The notes below the pieces were generated by a model. That model did no database searches, was not told where the DNA came from, and worked only from the letters and a program-made list of their open reading frames with translations. Shown here in pieces: positions 48,989 to 57,225 of a stretch of 64,000 nt of DNA (its first letter is position 1; the number at the start of each line of letters is the position of its first letter). The stretch is from the NCBI GenBank assembly GCA_964537395.1, contig CAZIBN010000004.1, positions 2,115 through 66,114 of the forward strand, read 5' to 3'. Origin of the DNA: an uncultured Elusimicrobia bacterium (GTDB lineage Bacteria; Elusimicrobiota; Elusimicrobia; UBA1565; UBA9628). The position numbers and the translations under genes are program-made.

Positions 48989-49339
48989 ATGGGTATGGAG
49001 AACGCCCGCGCCGGTCGTGCCTGGACCTTGATCGGAGCCGCCGTTTTGGCGCTCAGCGTCGGCGCCATGGCCCGCCGCTCGATCAATGCCGCCAAGGCCG
49101 CTCCCGAGGACATGCGTGACGCCGTTGCCGCGCCGATCTCCCCGGCGATGCTCGGGGCTGCGCACGCGGCGCAGCCGAACGCGAGCTATTTTTCCGGTCC
49201 CGCCGGCCGTCGTGCCGAGGCCGAGCGTGCGTTGCTGTCTTCGCGGATGACGAAGGTGTCGAAGGCGACGAAGGCGCGCGCCGCCAGGCTGCGCCGCGAA
49301 GCCGCGCGCGAGCGCGCGCTGGCCGTTACCGCCCAATAA
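48989..49339 (+). CDS. hypothetical small membrane-anchored or secreted protein (116 aa)
   Basis: Third codon positions are GC-rich throughout. Hydrophobic N-terminus WTLIGAAVLALSVGAMA and a basic C-terminus. Its stop abuts the stop of the convergent aminotransferase gene. Confidence 0.5.
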   Translation: MGMENARAGRAWTLIGAAVLALSVGAMARRSINAAKAAPEDMRDAVAAPISPAMLGAAHAAQPNASYFSGPAGRRAEAERALLSSRMTKVSKATKARAARLRREAARERALAVTAQ

Positions 49340-50599
49340 TCAGTAGGCCGGCTTGATCTTCGCGAGCCCGGCCTCGAGGCGTTCCTGGAACTTCTTGTCG
49401 AGGACGTCGGCGCAGACGGCGTAGCGGATCAGGGGTTCCGGATGCCCGAGCTCGCTGGTCGAGGAAAAATGGACGCCCACGATCCCGGTCTCGGCGATCA
49501 CGGCGCGGTTGAAGGCCTCGGCGCGCCCTTCGAGGGGAAGCTCTTTTCCGAAGGCGGACTCGGGAACGTGCCACAGCGTGAAGAATCCCGCCTCGGTGGT
49601 GCAGGCGGGCTTGAGGCCCGCGCTCTTCAGCGTCGGGATCAGGTAGGCGAGGCGTCTCTCATAAAGGCCGCGGATCTCGTCGAGGGCCAGGCGCCCCGCG
49701 CCGGGTCCGTTCAGAAACTCTCCGTACGCGGCCATGACGCCCGGGACGGGGCCGGAGTCGGTGTTGCCTTTGACCAGAGCGAAATCCTCGACGAAGTCCT
49801 TGGAGCCGACGAGCGCGCCGAGGCGGGCGCCCGGGTCGTTGTAGGACTTGCTCACCGAGTACAGCTCGAGCCATTCGAGCTCGTGGTAGTCCTTGGCCAC
49901 CGACGCCAGGCTGACGTGAGTGCCGGCCGCGGCGAGCCCGGCGTAGGCGCCGTCGTTGACGAGGCGCATGCCCTTCTCAATGCAGAACGTGATCAGCTCC
50001 TTCCAGTCGGCCGCTGACGCCCCGACCGCCGCGGGATTTCCCGGCCGGATGATGAAGACGAGGTCGGCGCGGTCGGTGGCGTCGCTGCGCAATGCCGCTT
50101 TTAAGCGCGCGACGCTGAGGCGCATGTTGTCTGACGTCGACAGAGGCCACACCGTGCGCTTGGCGCCGAGGTAGGAGCCGCTCCAGGTTCCGATGACGTC
50201 GTAGGCGGGGAGGTTCGAGGCGACGCGAAACGTGTCGCGCCGGGCCTGGTCCGGGAGATGGAGACCGCAGGCGAGCGGGATCAAGGCGCTGGCGGTCTTG
50301 ATCCCCGCGATGGGCAGGGCGCGCAACCCCGGGTGCTTCTCGACGTCGATTCCGCCATGAAGAGCGACCATGGCCTCGACGAAGCGGTTTAGATTCTTGT
50401 CCTCGGCGTAGGTGTGGAAATCGTAGCCCGGGTCGGAGGCGTACTTGGCCTTGAGCGCGCGGATCGCGGCGGGGGGGACGCCGTCGGGGTTTCCGAGCGA
50501 CAGGTTCATCGGCTCCAGCCCCGTCCGCTTCTTGTAGTCGCGGATCAGGACATAGATGAGCTGAAAAAGATTGATTCCCGCAGGCGGTATGAGCCGCAT
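49340..50599 (-). CDS. PLP-dependent aminotransferase (class I/II fold)
   Basis: 419 aa. Carries LSLGNPD and the PLP-lysine motif YSVSKSYNDPGARLG. TATGAT (50606-50611) lies 6 nt before the ATG. Confidence 0.85.
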   Translation of the reverse strand: MRLIPPAGINLFQLIYVLIRDYKKRTGLEPMNLSLGNPDGVPPAAIRALKAKYASDPGYDFHTYAEDKNLNRFVEAMVALHGGIDVEKHPGLRALPIAGIKTASALIPLACGLHLPDQARRDTFRVASNLPAYDVIGTWSGSYLGAKRTVWPLSTSDNMRLSVARLKAALRSDATDRADLVFIIRPGNPAAVGASAADWKELITFCIEKGMRLVNDGAYAGLAAAGTHVSLASVAKDYHELEWLELYSVSKSYNDPGARLGALVGSKDFVEDFALVKGNTDSGPVPGVMAAYGEFLNGPGAGRLALDEIRGLYERRLAYLIPTLKSAGLKPACTTEAGFFTLWHVPESAFGKELPLEGRAEAFNRAVIAETGIVGVHFSSTSELGHPEPLIRYAVCADVLDKKFQERLEAGLAKIKPAY

Positions 50600-50617
50600 G
50601 CGGGAATCATAGCGGAT

Positions 50618-51361
50618 TCAGAACGCGTCGCTGAAGCTCGTCGTCATGGCCTTGTCGCCGCCATGGCCGTCGTCGTCATCGCCGGGCATATCCTTGCCAT
50701 TATTGCCGCTGCCGTTGTTGTTGCCGCCGCCAGAGTTTCCGGAGCCGCTTGAGCCGGGGGCGGAGTTGGCCGCCGCGCCACCGGTGCCGGTGGTCGTCCG
50801 GGTGAACGTATCGGGGTTCGGCGGAGGAGGGGTATCCTTGGGGCCCTGCTGGACGCTGGGCGCGCGCCCCACATCGAACGCCTTGCGCTTGTTCATCGCG
50901 ATCTCGCCGGCGTCCGTCGTATGGGTGCGGGTTTCCGCCTTCTCGTAGACGGGTTGCTGGCCCGTCGTGCGGATCAGGGCGCCGGGCTTGCTGAAATTAG
51001 GCGGCGCCTCCTCGGTGCTGGGTGTAGGGCCGCCGTCGAGTTTGCGTCCGCCGCTCCAGAACGCTTTGCCGCCGCGGTGCACCGCGCGGCCCGTTGTGCT
51101 GCGGGAGACGACTTGGCGTCCCCCATAGAAGGTCTGATTGCCGGCGCCGGTGTAGCCGCCGCCCGAGGATGTCGCCTGCGGCGCGCCGGCGTTCGCCGAA
51201 GCGCCGCCTCCGGGGGTGTTCACGGTGAAGACGCGCGGCGCGGCCGGGGCCGCGGTCGAGGTGCGGCCGTTGACCGTGTTGAAAGGCTTGTTCGCCCGTT
51301 GCTCAGCCATGGCCGTTTGCGCGGCAAGAACGGCGATGACGGCGGAAATGAGGACTGTCAT
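50618..51361 (-). CDS. secreted low-complexity Gly/Thr/Pro/Asn-rich protein
   Basis: Trimmed to MTVLISAVIAVLAAQTAMA (signal peptide). The remainder is low complexity (GSSGSGNSGGGNNNGSGNNG, TPPPPNP) with an acidic tail. Confidence 0.6.
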   Translation of the reverse strand: MTVLISAVIAVLAAQTAMAEQRANKPFNTVNGRTSTAAPAAPRVFTVNTPGGGASANAGAPQATSSGGGYTGAGNQTFYGGRQVVSRSTTGRAVHRGGKAFWSGGRKLDGGPTPSTEEAPPNFSKPGALIRTTGQQPVYEKAETRTHTTDAGEIAMNKRKAFDVGRAPSVQQGPKDTPPPPNPDTFTRTTTGTGGAAANSAPGSSGSGNSGGGNNNGSGNNGKDMPGDDDDGHGGDKAMTTSFSDAF

Positions 51362-51561
51362 GGATCCCCCCAAAGCCCTAGGAGTATAGCCCCGGAACCT
51401 CAAAAAGTCATTACACGATGCTAAAAAATCGGTAAAGAACTGGACCCCCCCAAAATATGTAGAATGGCCGTTAGCCGGGGGCCCTCTCCCGTCTCATAAT
51501 CGTAATATGAGGGTGTCATACTCTGTGCTCAAGCCGCACTAATAAAGGGAAGGAGAATTTT

Positions 51562-54054
51562 ATGTCGAACCGATTCACGGAACGGGCCCAGCGCGTCATC
51601 TTGATCGCCCAGGAAGAGGCCAAGCGCCTCAATCACGATTACGTCGGCACCGAGCACATCCTGCTCGGCCTGATCGCTTTGGGTGAAGGCGTCGCCGCCC
51701 AGGTCCTCGCCAATCTCGGCGTCGATCTGCGCCGCGTGCGCTCCGAGATCGAGAAGATCGTCGGCACGGGCGACAACGTCATGCTGCTGGGCGAGATCCC
51801 CTTCACGCCCCGCGCCAAGAAAGTCCTCGAGTACGCCGTCGAGGAAGCCCAGCACATGGGCCACTCCTATGTCGGCACCGAGCACCTGCTTCTCGGCTTG
51901 ATCCGCGAGGAAGAGGGCGTGGCCGCACGCGTGCTTGAGAACCTCGGCCTGCGGCTCGACGTGGTCCGTGAGGAAGTCCTCAACCTCCTCGGCGAAGGCC
52001 AGGCCCAGCAGCAGGGTGCCGCCGGCGCCGCCGCGCAAGGCTCAGGCTCGCCGACGCGCACCAAGTCCAAGACCCCGACGCTCGATGAGTTCGGCCGGGA
52101 CCTGACCGCGATGGCCCGCGAGGGCAAGCTCGATCCCGTGATCGGCCGCGAGGATGAGATCGAACGGATGATCCAGATTCTCGCCCGCAGAACAAAAAAT
52201 AATCCGGTGCTTATCGGCGATCCCGGCGTGGGTAAGACCGCGATCGTCGAAGGGCTTGCCACCAAGATATCAACCGCGGACGTGCCCGAGATTCTTCTCA
52301 ACAAGCGGCTTTTAACGCTCGACTTGGCGCTTGTTGTCGCGGGAACGAAGTACCGTGGCGAGTTCGAACAAAGATTAAAAAATATTATCGAAGAGGTCCG
52401 CCGCTCCAAGGGCGCGGTCGTCCTCTTCATCGACGAGCTTCACACCGTCATCGGGGCGGGCGCCGCCGAGGGCGCCATCGACGCGTCCAACATGATCAAG
52501 CCCGCGCTGTCCCGCGGCGAGCTTCAGACGATCGGCGCCACCACGCTCGACGAGTACCGTAAATATATTGAGCGAGATGCGGCGCTTGAGCGCCGCTTCC
52601 AGCCCATCATCGTGGACCCGCCCTCCGTCGAGGAGACCTTCACGATCCTGCAGGGCCTCAAGGACAAGTACGAGGCGCACCACAAGATCAAGTACGACGA
52701 CAGCGCGCTGCGCGCCGCCGCCGAGCTGTCCGACCGCTACATCTCCGAGCGCTTCCTGCCCGACAAGGCCATCGACCTCATCGACGAGGCCGGCTCCCGC
52801 GCGCGCCTGCAGTCCTCGGCGACGCCGCCCGAGTTCAAGGACAAGGAGGTCGAGATCGAGAAGGTGGTCAAGGAAAAGTCCGCCTCCATCTCCGGCCAGG
52901 AGTACGAGAAGGCCGCCCGCCTGCGCGACAAGGAGAAGGAGCTGCGCAAGGCTCTCGAGGAGAACAAGAAGAAGTGGCGCGAGAAGCGCGACCAGTCTAC
53001 CCCTACGATTACAGGAGAAGACATCGCGGCTGTCGTGTCCAAGTGGACGGGCGTCCCCGTCACCGCGCTGACCGAGACCGAGACCGAGAAGCTCGTGCAC
53101 ATGGAAGCCAATCTCCATAAGCGCGTCATCGGCCAGGAAGAGGCGATCAAGACCTTGTCGCAGGCCATTCGAAGAAGCCGAGCGGGTCTTAAAGATATCA
53201 AGAAGCCGATCGGCTCCTTCATGTTCCTCGGACCGACGGGCGTGGGCAAGACCGAGCTCGCCCGGGCCCTCTCCGAATTCATGTTCGGCAACGAGGATTC
53301 CATGGTCCGCATCGACATGTCGGAATACATGGAAAAGTTCGCGGTCAGCCGCCTGATCGGAGCGCCTCCCGGCTACGTCGGCTACGAAGAGGGCGGTCAG
53401 CTCACCGAGGCGGTTCGCCGCAAGCCCTATTCCGTCGTGCTTCTCGATGAGATCGAAAAGGCGCACCCCGACATCTTCAACATCCTGCTCCAGGTGATGG
53501 ACGACGGCGTGCTCAACGACAACCTCGGTCACAAGGTGTCGTTTAAGAACACCATCGTGCTGATGACCTCGAACGTGGGCGCTCGCCTGATCTCCAAGGG
53601 GAAATCCCTGGGCTTCGCCGCGGCCGACACGGCCGACCAGGAAGTGCGCGACTACAAGAAGATGAAGGAGACGGTCATGGATGAGGTCAAGCGGGTCTTC
53701 TCGCCTGAGTTCATCAACCGGCTCAGCGACATCATCGTCTTCCACCCGCTCAATGAGAAGGAGATGACCGAGATCCTCGTGATGATGCTCGCCAAGGTCC
53801 GTGCGAAGATCGAGGCTCAGGGCTATAAGATCGAGTTCAGCGCCGAGACCGACAAGTTCCTCATCAAGAACGGCTTCGACGTGAACTACGGGGCCCGCCC
53901 GCTCGGCCGCACGATCCAGCGCTCGGTCGAGGATCCCCTGTCCGAGGACATCCTGCTCAAGAAGTTCGACCGCGGCGACACCATCTACGTCGAGGTCGAC
54001 ACGGCCAACGACAAGCTGGCGTTCTCCAAGAACCCGGCCGTCAAAGCTGCTTAG
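51562..54054 (+). CDS. clpC: ATP-dependent Clp protease ATP-binding subunit ClpC
   Basis: 830 aa with AAGGGAAGGAG Shine-Dalgarno. N-terminal Clp repeats, Walker A motifs GDPGVGKT and GPTGVGKT, and a UVR-like segment QEYEKAARLRDKEKEL. Confidence 0.94.
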   Translation: MSNRFTERAQRVILIAQEEAKRLNHDYVGTEHILLGLIALGEGVAAQVLANLGVDLRRVRSEIEKIVGTGDNVMLLGEIPFTPRAKKVLEYAVEEAQHMGHSYVGTEHLLLGLIREEEGVAARVLENLGLRLDVVREEVLNLLGEGQAQQQGAAGAAAQGSGSPTRTKSKTPTLDEFGRDLTAMAREGKLDPVIGREDEIERMIQILARRTKNNPVLIGDPGVGKTAIVEGLATKISTADVPEILLNKRLLTLDLALVVAGTKYRGEFEQRLKNIIEEVRRSKGAVVLFIDELHTVIGAGAAEGAIDASNMIKPALSRGELQTIGATTLDEYRKYIERDAALERRFQPIIVDPPSVEETFTILQGLKDKYEAHHKIKYDDSALRAAAELSDRYISERFLPDKAIDLIDEAGSRARLQSSATPPEFKDKEVEIEKVVKEKSASISGQEYEKAARLRDKEKELRKALEENKKKWREKRDQSTPTITGEDIAAVVSKWTGVPVTALTETETEKLVHMEANLHKRVIGQEEAIKTLSQAIRRSRAGLKDIKKPIGSFMFLGPTGVGKTELARALSEFMFGNEDSMVRIDMSEYMEKFAVSRLIGAPPGYVGYEEGGQLTEAVRRKPYSVVLLDEIEKAHPDIFNILLQVMDDGVLNDNLGHKVSFKNTIVLMTSNVGARLISKGKSLGFAAADTADQEVRDYKKMKETVMDEVKRVFSPEFINRLSDIIVFHPLNEKEMTEILVMMLAKVRAKIEAQGYKIEFSAETDKFLIKNGFDVNYGARPLGRTIQRSVEDPLSEDILLKKFDRGDTIYVEVDTANDKLAFSKNPAVKAA

Positions 54055-54069
54055 TCGTAGGTCGTTGCG

Positions 54070-54098
54070 GGGCGTCTTCGCCGGTGGCGAAGACGCCC
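54070..54098 (+). terminator. 13-bp perfect hairpin after clpC
   Basis: GGGCGTCTTCGCC-GGT-GGCGAAGACGCCC with no U-tract. It lies inside the spurious 5' extension of the 54084 ORF. Confidence 0.5.
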
Positions 54099-54125
54099 TG
54101 CACCTGCTATCCTAAGACCACAGGT

Positions 54126-55286
54126 ATGAGCCGAATCCTCGTCGACAGGCGCATCCGTTGGGACACCTTGCGCGCGCAGGGCACCGATCTTCTGCTCGTT
54201 TCGGCGATCGCCGTCATCGGCCTGTCCTACGGCCTTGGCTACCGTCTCGACTGGAGCGAGGAGAACGGCCGCCCCGAGGAGGACCAGGAGGTGGCCGAGA
54301 TCGCCGCTCCCGCGGCCTTGGGCACGGTCCCCGTGGCCCCGGTCGCGCCGGCGACCGAGCCCTTCATGACGGCCGCCGCTCCCACCCCGGCAGCGCCGAC
54401 GATCGGGCCCGCTCCGTCGCCCACGCTCTCTCCCAATCCGCGCGACGCGCAATGGGAGCTGATGACGGTCGAGCTCTCCAAGATGGCCGAAAAATATCCC
54501 GGCCGCGTCTCGATCTACCTCAAGGACCTCAAGTCCGGAAGGACCTGGATGCATCACCCCGACGATCTGTTCCCGGCGGCGAGCCTGATCAAGGTCCCCG
54601 TCATGATCGCGGCGTTCTACAAGATCCGCGACGGCCAATTGGCTCTCGATGAGCGCATGGTGATCACGCGGCGCAACCGCGTCGGCGGCTCGGGCTCGCT
54701 GAAGTGGCGCCCCGACGGCACCAAGCTCACCGTTCGCGAGTTGCTCGTCCACATGATCAACGAGTCGGACAACACGGCGACCAAGATGGTCCTCGATCGC
54801 CTCGGCATCGGCTACGTCCAACAGCAGTTTCCGCGCATGGGTCTCCTTTATACGGGTATTTATGAGGAGGGAATGAGCATCAAGGGCGGGCGCGTCATGC
54901 ATGAGAACTACACGACCGCGCGTGAGATGGCTTCGCTCATGGACAAGATCTACATGGGCGAGGCCGTCGACAAGGTGTCGAGCGAGGTCATGCTCGAGAT
55001 TCTGAAAAAGCCCAAGGCCGTCGCCTCGCGCCTGGCCAAGGGAATGCCCGCGGGCTGGGAGATCGCGCACAAGACCGGCCTTTTGCGCCAGGCCTGCCAT
55101 GACTCGGCGATCTTCCTGACGCCTCACGGTGACTACGCGATCACCGTCCTCACCGGTCAGAATCGCGCCTACTCGACGGCCAAGGACTTCATCACCAAGG
55201 TCGCCAAGGTGACCTTCAAGCACTACGCCGGCCCCCAGTACTACGCGAAGGCCGGCGCGCGCCGCAGGGCGCGGGCGGCGCGGTGA
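54126..55286 (+). CDS. membrane-anchored class A beta-lactamase-related serine hydrolase
   Basis: Start set at MSRILV, after the clpC hairpin. TM segment LLLVSAIAVIGLSYGL, then a Pro/Ala-rich linker, then SLIK (SxxK), NESDN (SDN) and HKTG (KTG). Confidence 0.8.
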   Translation: MSRILVDRRIRWDTLRAQGTDLLLVSAIAVIGLSYGLGYRLDWSEENGRPEEDQEVAEIAAPAALGTVPVAPVAPATEPFMTAAAPTPAAPTIGPAPSPTLSPNPRDAQWELMTVELSKMAEKYPGRVSIYLKDLKSGRTWMHHPDDLFPAASLIKVPVMIAAFYKIRDGQLALDERMVITRRNRVGGSGSLKWRPDGTKLTVRELLVHMINESDNTATKMVLDRLGIGYVQQQFPRMGLLYTGIYEEGMSIKGGRVMHENYTTAREMASLMDKIYMGEAVDKVSSEVMLEILKKPKAVASRLAKGMPAGWEIAHKTGLLRQACHDSAIFLTPHGDYAITVLTGQNRAYSTAKDFITKVAKVTFKHYAGPQYYAKAGARRRARAAR

Positions 55287-55810
55287 TGCGCGTTCTGCTT
55301 CTGCTCGGCCTTCTCGCGGTCCCGGCGTTCGCCGGCGACGACGGCTATGAAGACCCGCCCGCGATCCAGCGCTACCTGGCCGAGCTTCAGCTCGGCGACA
55401 GCCTCGAGGACGTGCAGCGCATCTACCGGCCGGCCCAGGACTGGCCGTCGTACATCGACCCGCGCGGGCGCGTGACGCGCTACCGGGTCGAGCGGGCGTA
55501 CGCGAAAAGCTTCCCGCTGTGGACGCAGGCGTTGTTGCTCGGCTTTAAGAGGGGAAAGCTCGTCGACATCCAGGTGGTCTACAACGCCAAGCGCTCCGGC
55601 GAGAAAACCGCCGAGGAATTGGCGCGCGATCTGTCGCTGACCTACGGCGAGGGCGACCGCTCCGGCGACAAGTTCTGGTGGACCGACAGCCGCACCGTCA
55701 TGCGCGTGTTCCCTGTCGAGGTCCCGACGTTCACGGACGGAACGCGCGGCGTTGCGTGGCACACCTCCATCCAGGTCCTCGAAAAAAACCTCTATCTGCG
55801 CACGGATTAG
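55283..55810 (+). CDS. hypothetical exported protein (175 aa)
   Basis: GTGATG start overlaps the upstream stop. Signal peptide MRVLLLLGLLAVPAFA. Confidence 0.6.
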   Translation: MMRVLLLLGLLAVPAFAGDDGYEDPPAIQRYLAELQLGDSLEDVQRIYRPAQDWPSYIDPRGRVTRYRVERAYAKSFPLWTQALLLGFKRGKLVDIQVVYNAKRSGEKTAEELARDLSLTYGEGDRSGDKFWWTDSRTVMRVFPVEVPTFTDGTRGVAWHTSIQVLEKNLYLRTD

Positions 55811-55863
55811 CGCGCGGCGAGGGAACTTTTTACCCCCCTCAATCGTATGGTAGGGCAGGGTAC

Positions 55864-55911
55864 TCGAACATGTTCGAACAGTTATCGAACAAAAATCGAA
55901 CTTGTGTTCGA
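55864..55911. promoter_or_regulatory. phased TCGAAC array / LexA (SOS) box candidates upstream of recA
   Basis: TCGAACATGTTCGA (55864-55877) is a perfect palindrome. GAAC-N7-GAAC-N7-GAAC follows (55876-55901). CGAACTTGTGTTCG (55897-55910) is GAAC-N4-GTTC. Confidence 0.7.
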
Positions 55912-55930
55912 GAAAGACTTCTGCTATACT
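55902..55930 (+). promoter_or_regulatory. recA promoter
   Basis: TTGTGT (55902-55907), 17-nt spacer, TATACT (55925-55930). The -35 element lies inside the GAAC-N4-GTTC box. Confidence 0.55.
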
Positions 55931-55985
55931 AATTCCCTTGGGCCCCCGAAGCGATGGGGAGTCCCGAGGAGGGAGAAATCACTCA

Positions 55986-57071
55986 ATGGATAACAAAGAC
56001 ACGGGCAAGTCGAAGGCGCTGGAGCTGGCGATGGCTCAGATCGAAAAGGCATACGGAAAAGAAGCGGTCATGATGCTGGGTGACCGGGCGGCCAAGATCA
56101 AGATCGATGCGATTTCGACTGGCGTTTTATCCCTAGATTTGGCGCTCGGCGTGGGCGGCTTCCCGCGCGGACGCATCATCGAGATCTACGGGCCCGAGTC
56201 CTCGGGCAAGACCACCTTGGCGTTGATGGCCGTCGCCCAGGCTCAGAAGCTCGGGGGTGCCGCCGCCTACATCGACGCGGAGCACGCCATGGACCCGGCA
56301 TACGCCAAGGCGCTCGGCGTCGACATCGACGGCCTGCTCATCGCCCAGCCCAACTGCGGCGAAGAGGCCCTTGAGATCACCGAGAAGCTCGTGCGCTCCT
56401 CGGCCATCGACGTGATCGTCATCGACTCCGTCGCGGCTCTCGTTCCCCGCGCCGAGATCGAAGGCGAGATGGGCGACAGCCACATGGGCCTGCAGGCGCG
56501 CCTGATGTCTCAGGCGCTGCGCAAGCTCACCGCGGTCGTGGCTCAGAGCAAGACCACCATCATCTTCATCAACCAGATCCGCAACAAGATTGGCGTCATG
56601 TTCGGCAACCCCGAGACGACGACCGGCGGCCTGGCGCTGAAGTTCTACTCAACCATGCGCCTTGAGATCCGGCGCATCGAGAACATCAAGGAAGGCGACA
56701 TCGTCGTCGGCGCGCGCGCCCGGGTCAAGGTCGTCAAGAACAAGGTCGCCCCGCCCTACCGCACCGCGGAGTTCGAGATGATCCACGGCTTCGGCGTGTC
56801 CCGCGAAGGCTGCTTGGTCGACCTCGGTGTCGAGGCCGCGATCGTCGAGAAGTCCGGCTCGTGGTACGTCTACGAGGGCGAACGTCTCGGCCAGGGCCGC
56901 GAGAACGCGAAGGCCTACCTCAAGCACCACACGGCCGTCGGCGAGAAGCTCGAGAAGGCGCTGCGCGACAAGTACCTCGTCGCCCCCGTCGACTCCAAGC
57001 CGGAGGCCGAAGCGGAAGCCCCGGTCGCCGCGAAGCCCGAGCCCAGGACGCCCGCGAAGTCGAAAGCTTAA
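55986..57071 (+). CDS. recA: recombinase RecA
   Basis: Trimmed to [13 protein letters not shown] (GAGGAGGGAG upstream). Carries [12 protein letters not shown] and [22 protein letters not shown]. Confidence 0.97.
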   Translation: MDNKDTGKSKALELAMAQIEKAYGKEAVMMLGDRAAKIKIDAISTGVLSLDLALGVGGFPRGRIIEIYGPESSGKTTLALMAVAQAQKLGGAAAYIDAEHAMDPAYAKALGVDIDGLLIAQPNCGEEALEITEKLVRSSAIDVIVIDSVAALVPRAEIEGEMGDSHMGLQARLMSQALRKLTAVVAQSKTTIIFINQIRNKIGVMFGNPETTTGGLALKFYSTMRLEIRRIENIKEGDIVVGARARVKVVKNKVAPPYRTAEFEMIHGFGVSREGCLVDLGVEAAIVEKSGSWYVYEGERLGQGRENAKAYLKHHTAVGEKLEKALRDKYLVAPVDSKPEAEAEAPVAAKPEPRTPAKSKA

Positions 57072-57088
57072 GCCCAGACGCGAAAAGA

Positions 57089-57122
57089 GCCGCCGCTCCC
57101 GAAAGGGGGCGGCGGTTTTTTT
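57089..57122 (+). terminator. canonical intrinsic terminator of recA
   Basis: CCGCCGCTCCC-GAAA-GGGGGCGGCGG, an 11-bp stem with one G-U pair, followed by T7 (57116-57122). Confidence 0.85.
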
Positions 57123-57177
57123 ATAAACAGACCATTACTCGTCCCGGGGCGGGCGATGATGTCGTTAAAGACATAAG

Positions 57178-57197
57178 AACTCGCACCGGTGCGAGTT
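57178..57197. repeat. 20-bp perfect palindrome upstream of xerD
   Basis: AACTCGCACCGGTGCGAGTT ends 16 nt before TAGAAT (57214-57219). Confidence 0.8.
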
Positions 57198-57225
57198 ATC
57201 CTCCGAAAGGCGATAGAATAGACGC

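Noticed and set aside
48977-49336. 119-aa minus-strand ORF competing with the 48989..49339 plus-strand ORF.
   Set aside because: Its product is Arg/Gly-rich without hydrophobic or structured segments and it has no start context. The plus-strand frame looks more protein-like, but neither frame is proven.
51404-51561. clpC upstream region inspected for CtsR (GGTCAAA repeats) or CIRCE (TTAGCACTC-N9-GAGTGCTAA) heat-shock operators.
   Set aside because: Neither consensus is present. There is only a short CTCATA-N7-TATGAG inverted repeat and a TAGAAT hexamer, which is too weak to call.
54126-55286. Calling the class A beta-lactamase-like gene an acquired antibiotic-resistance determinant.
   Set aside because: It has a chromosomal core context between clpC and recA, a membrane anchor and a linker, and there are no mobile-element hallmarks. 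Resistance function cannot be inferred from the motifs alone.
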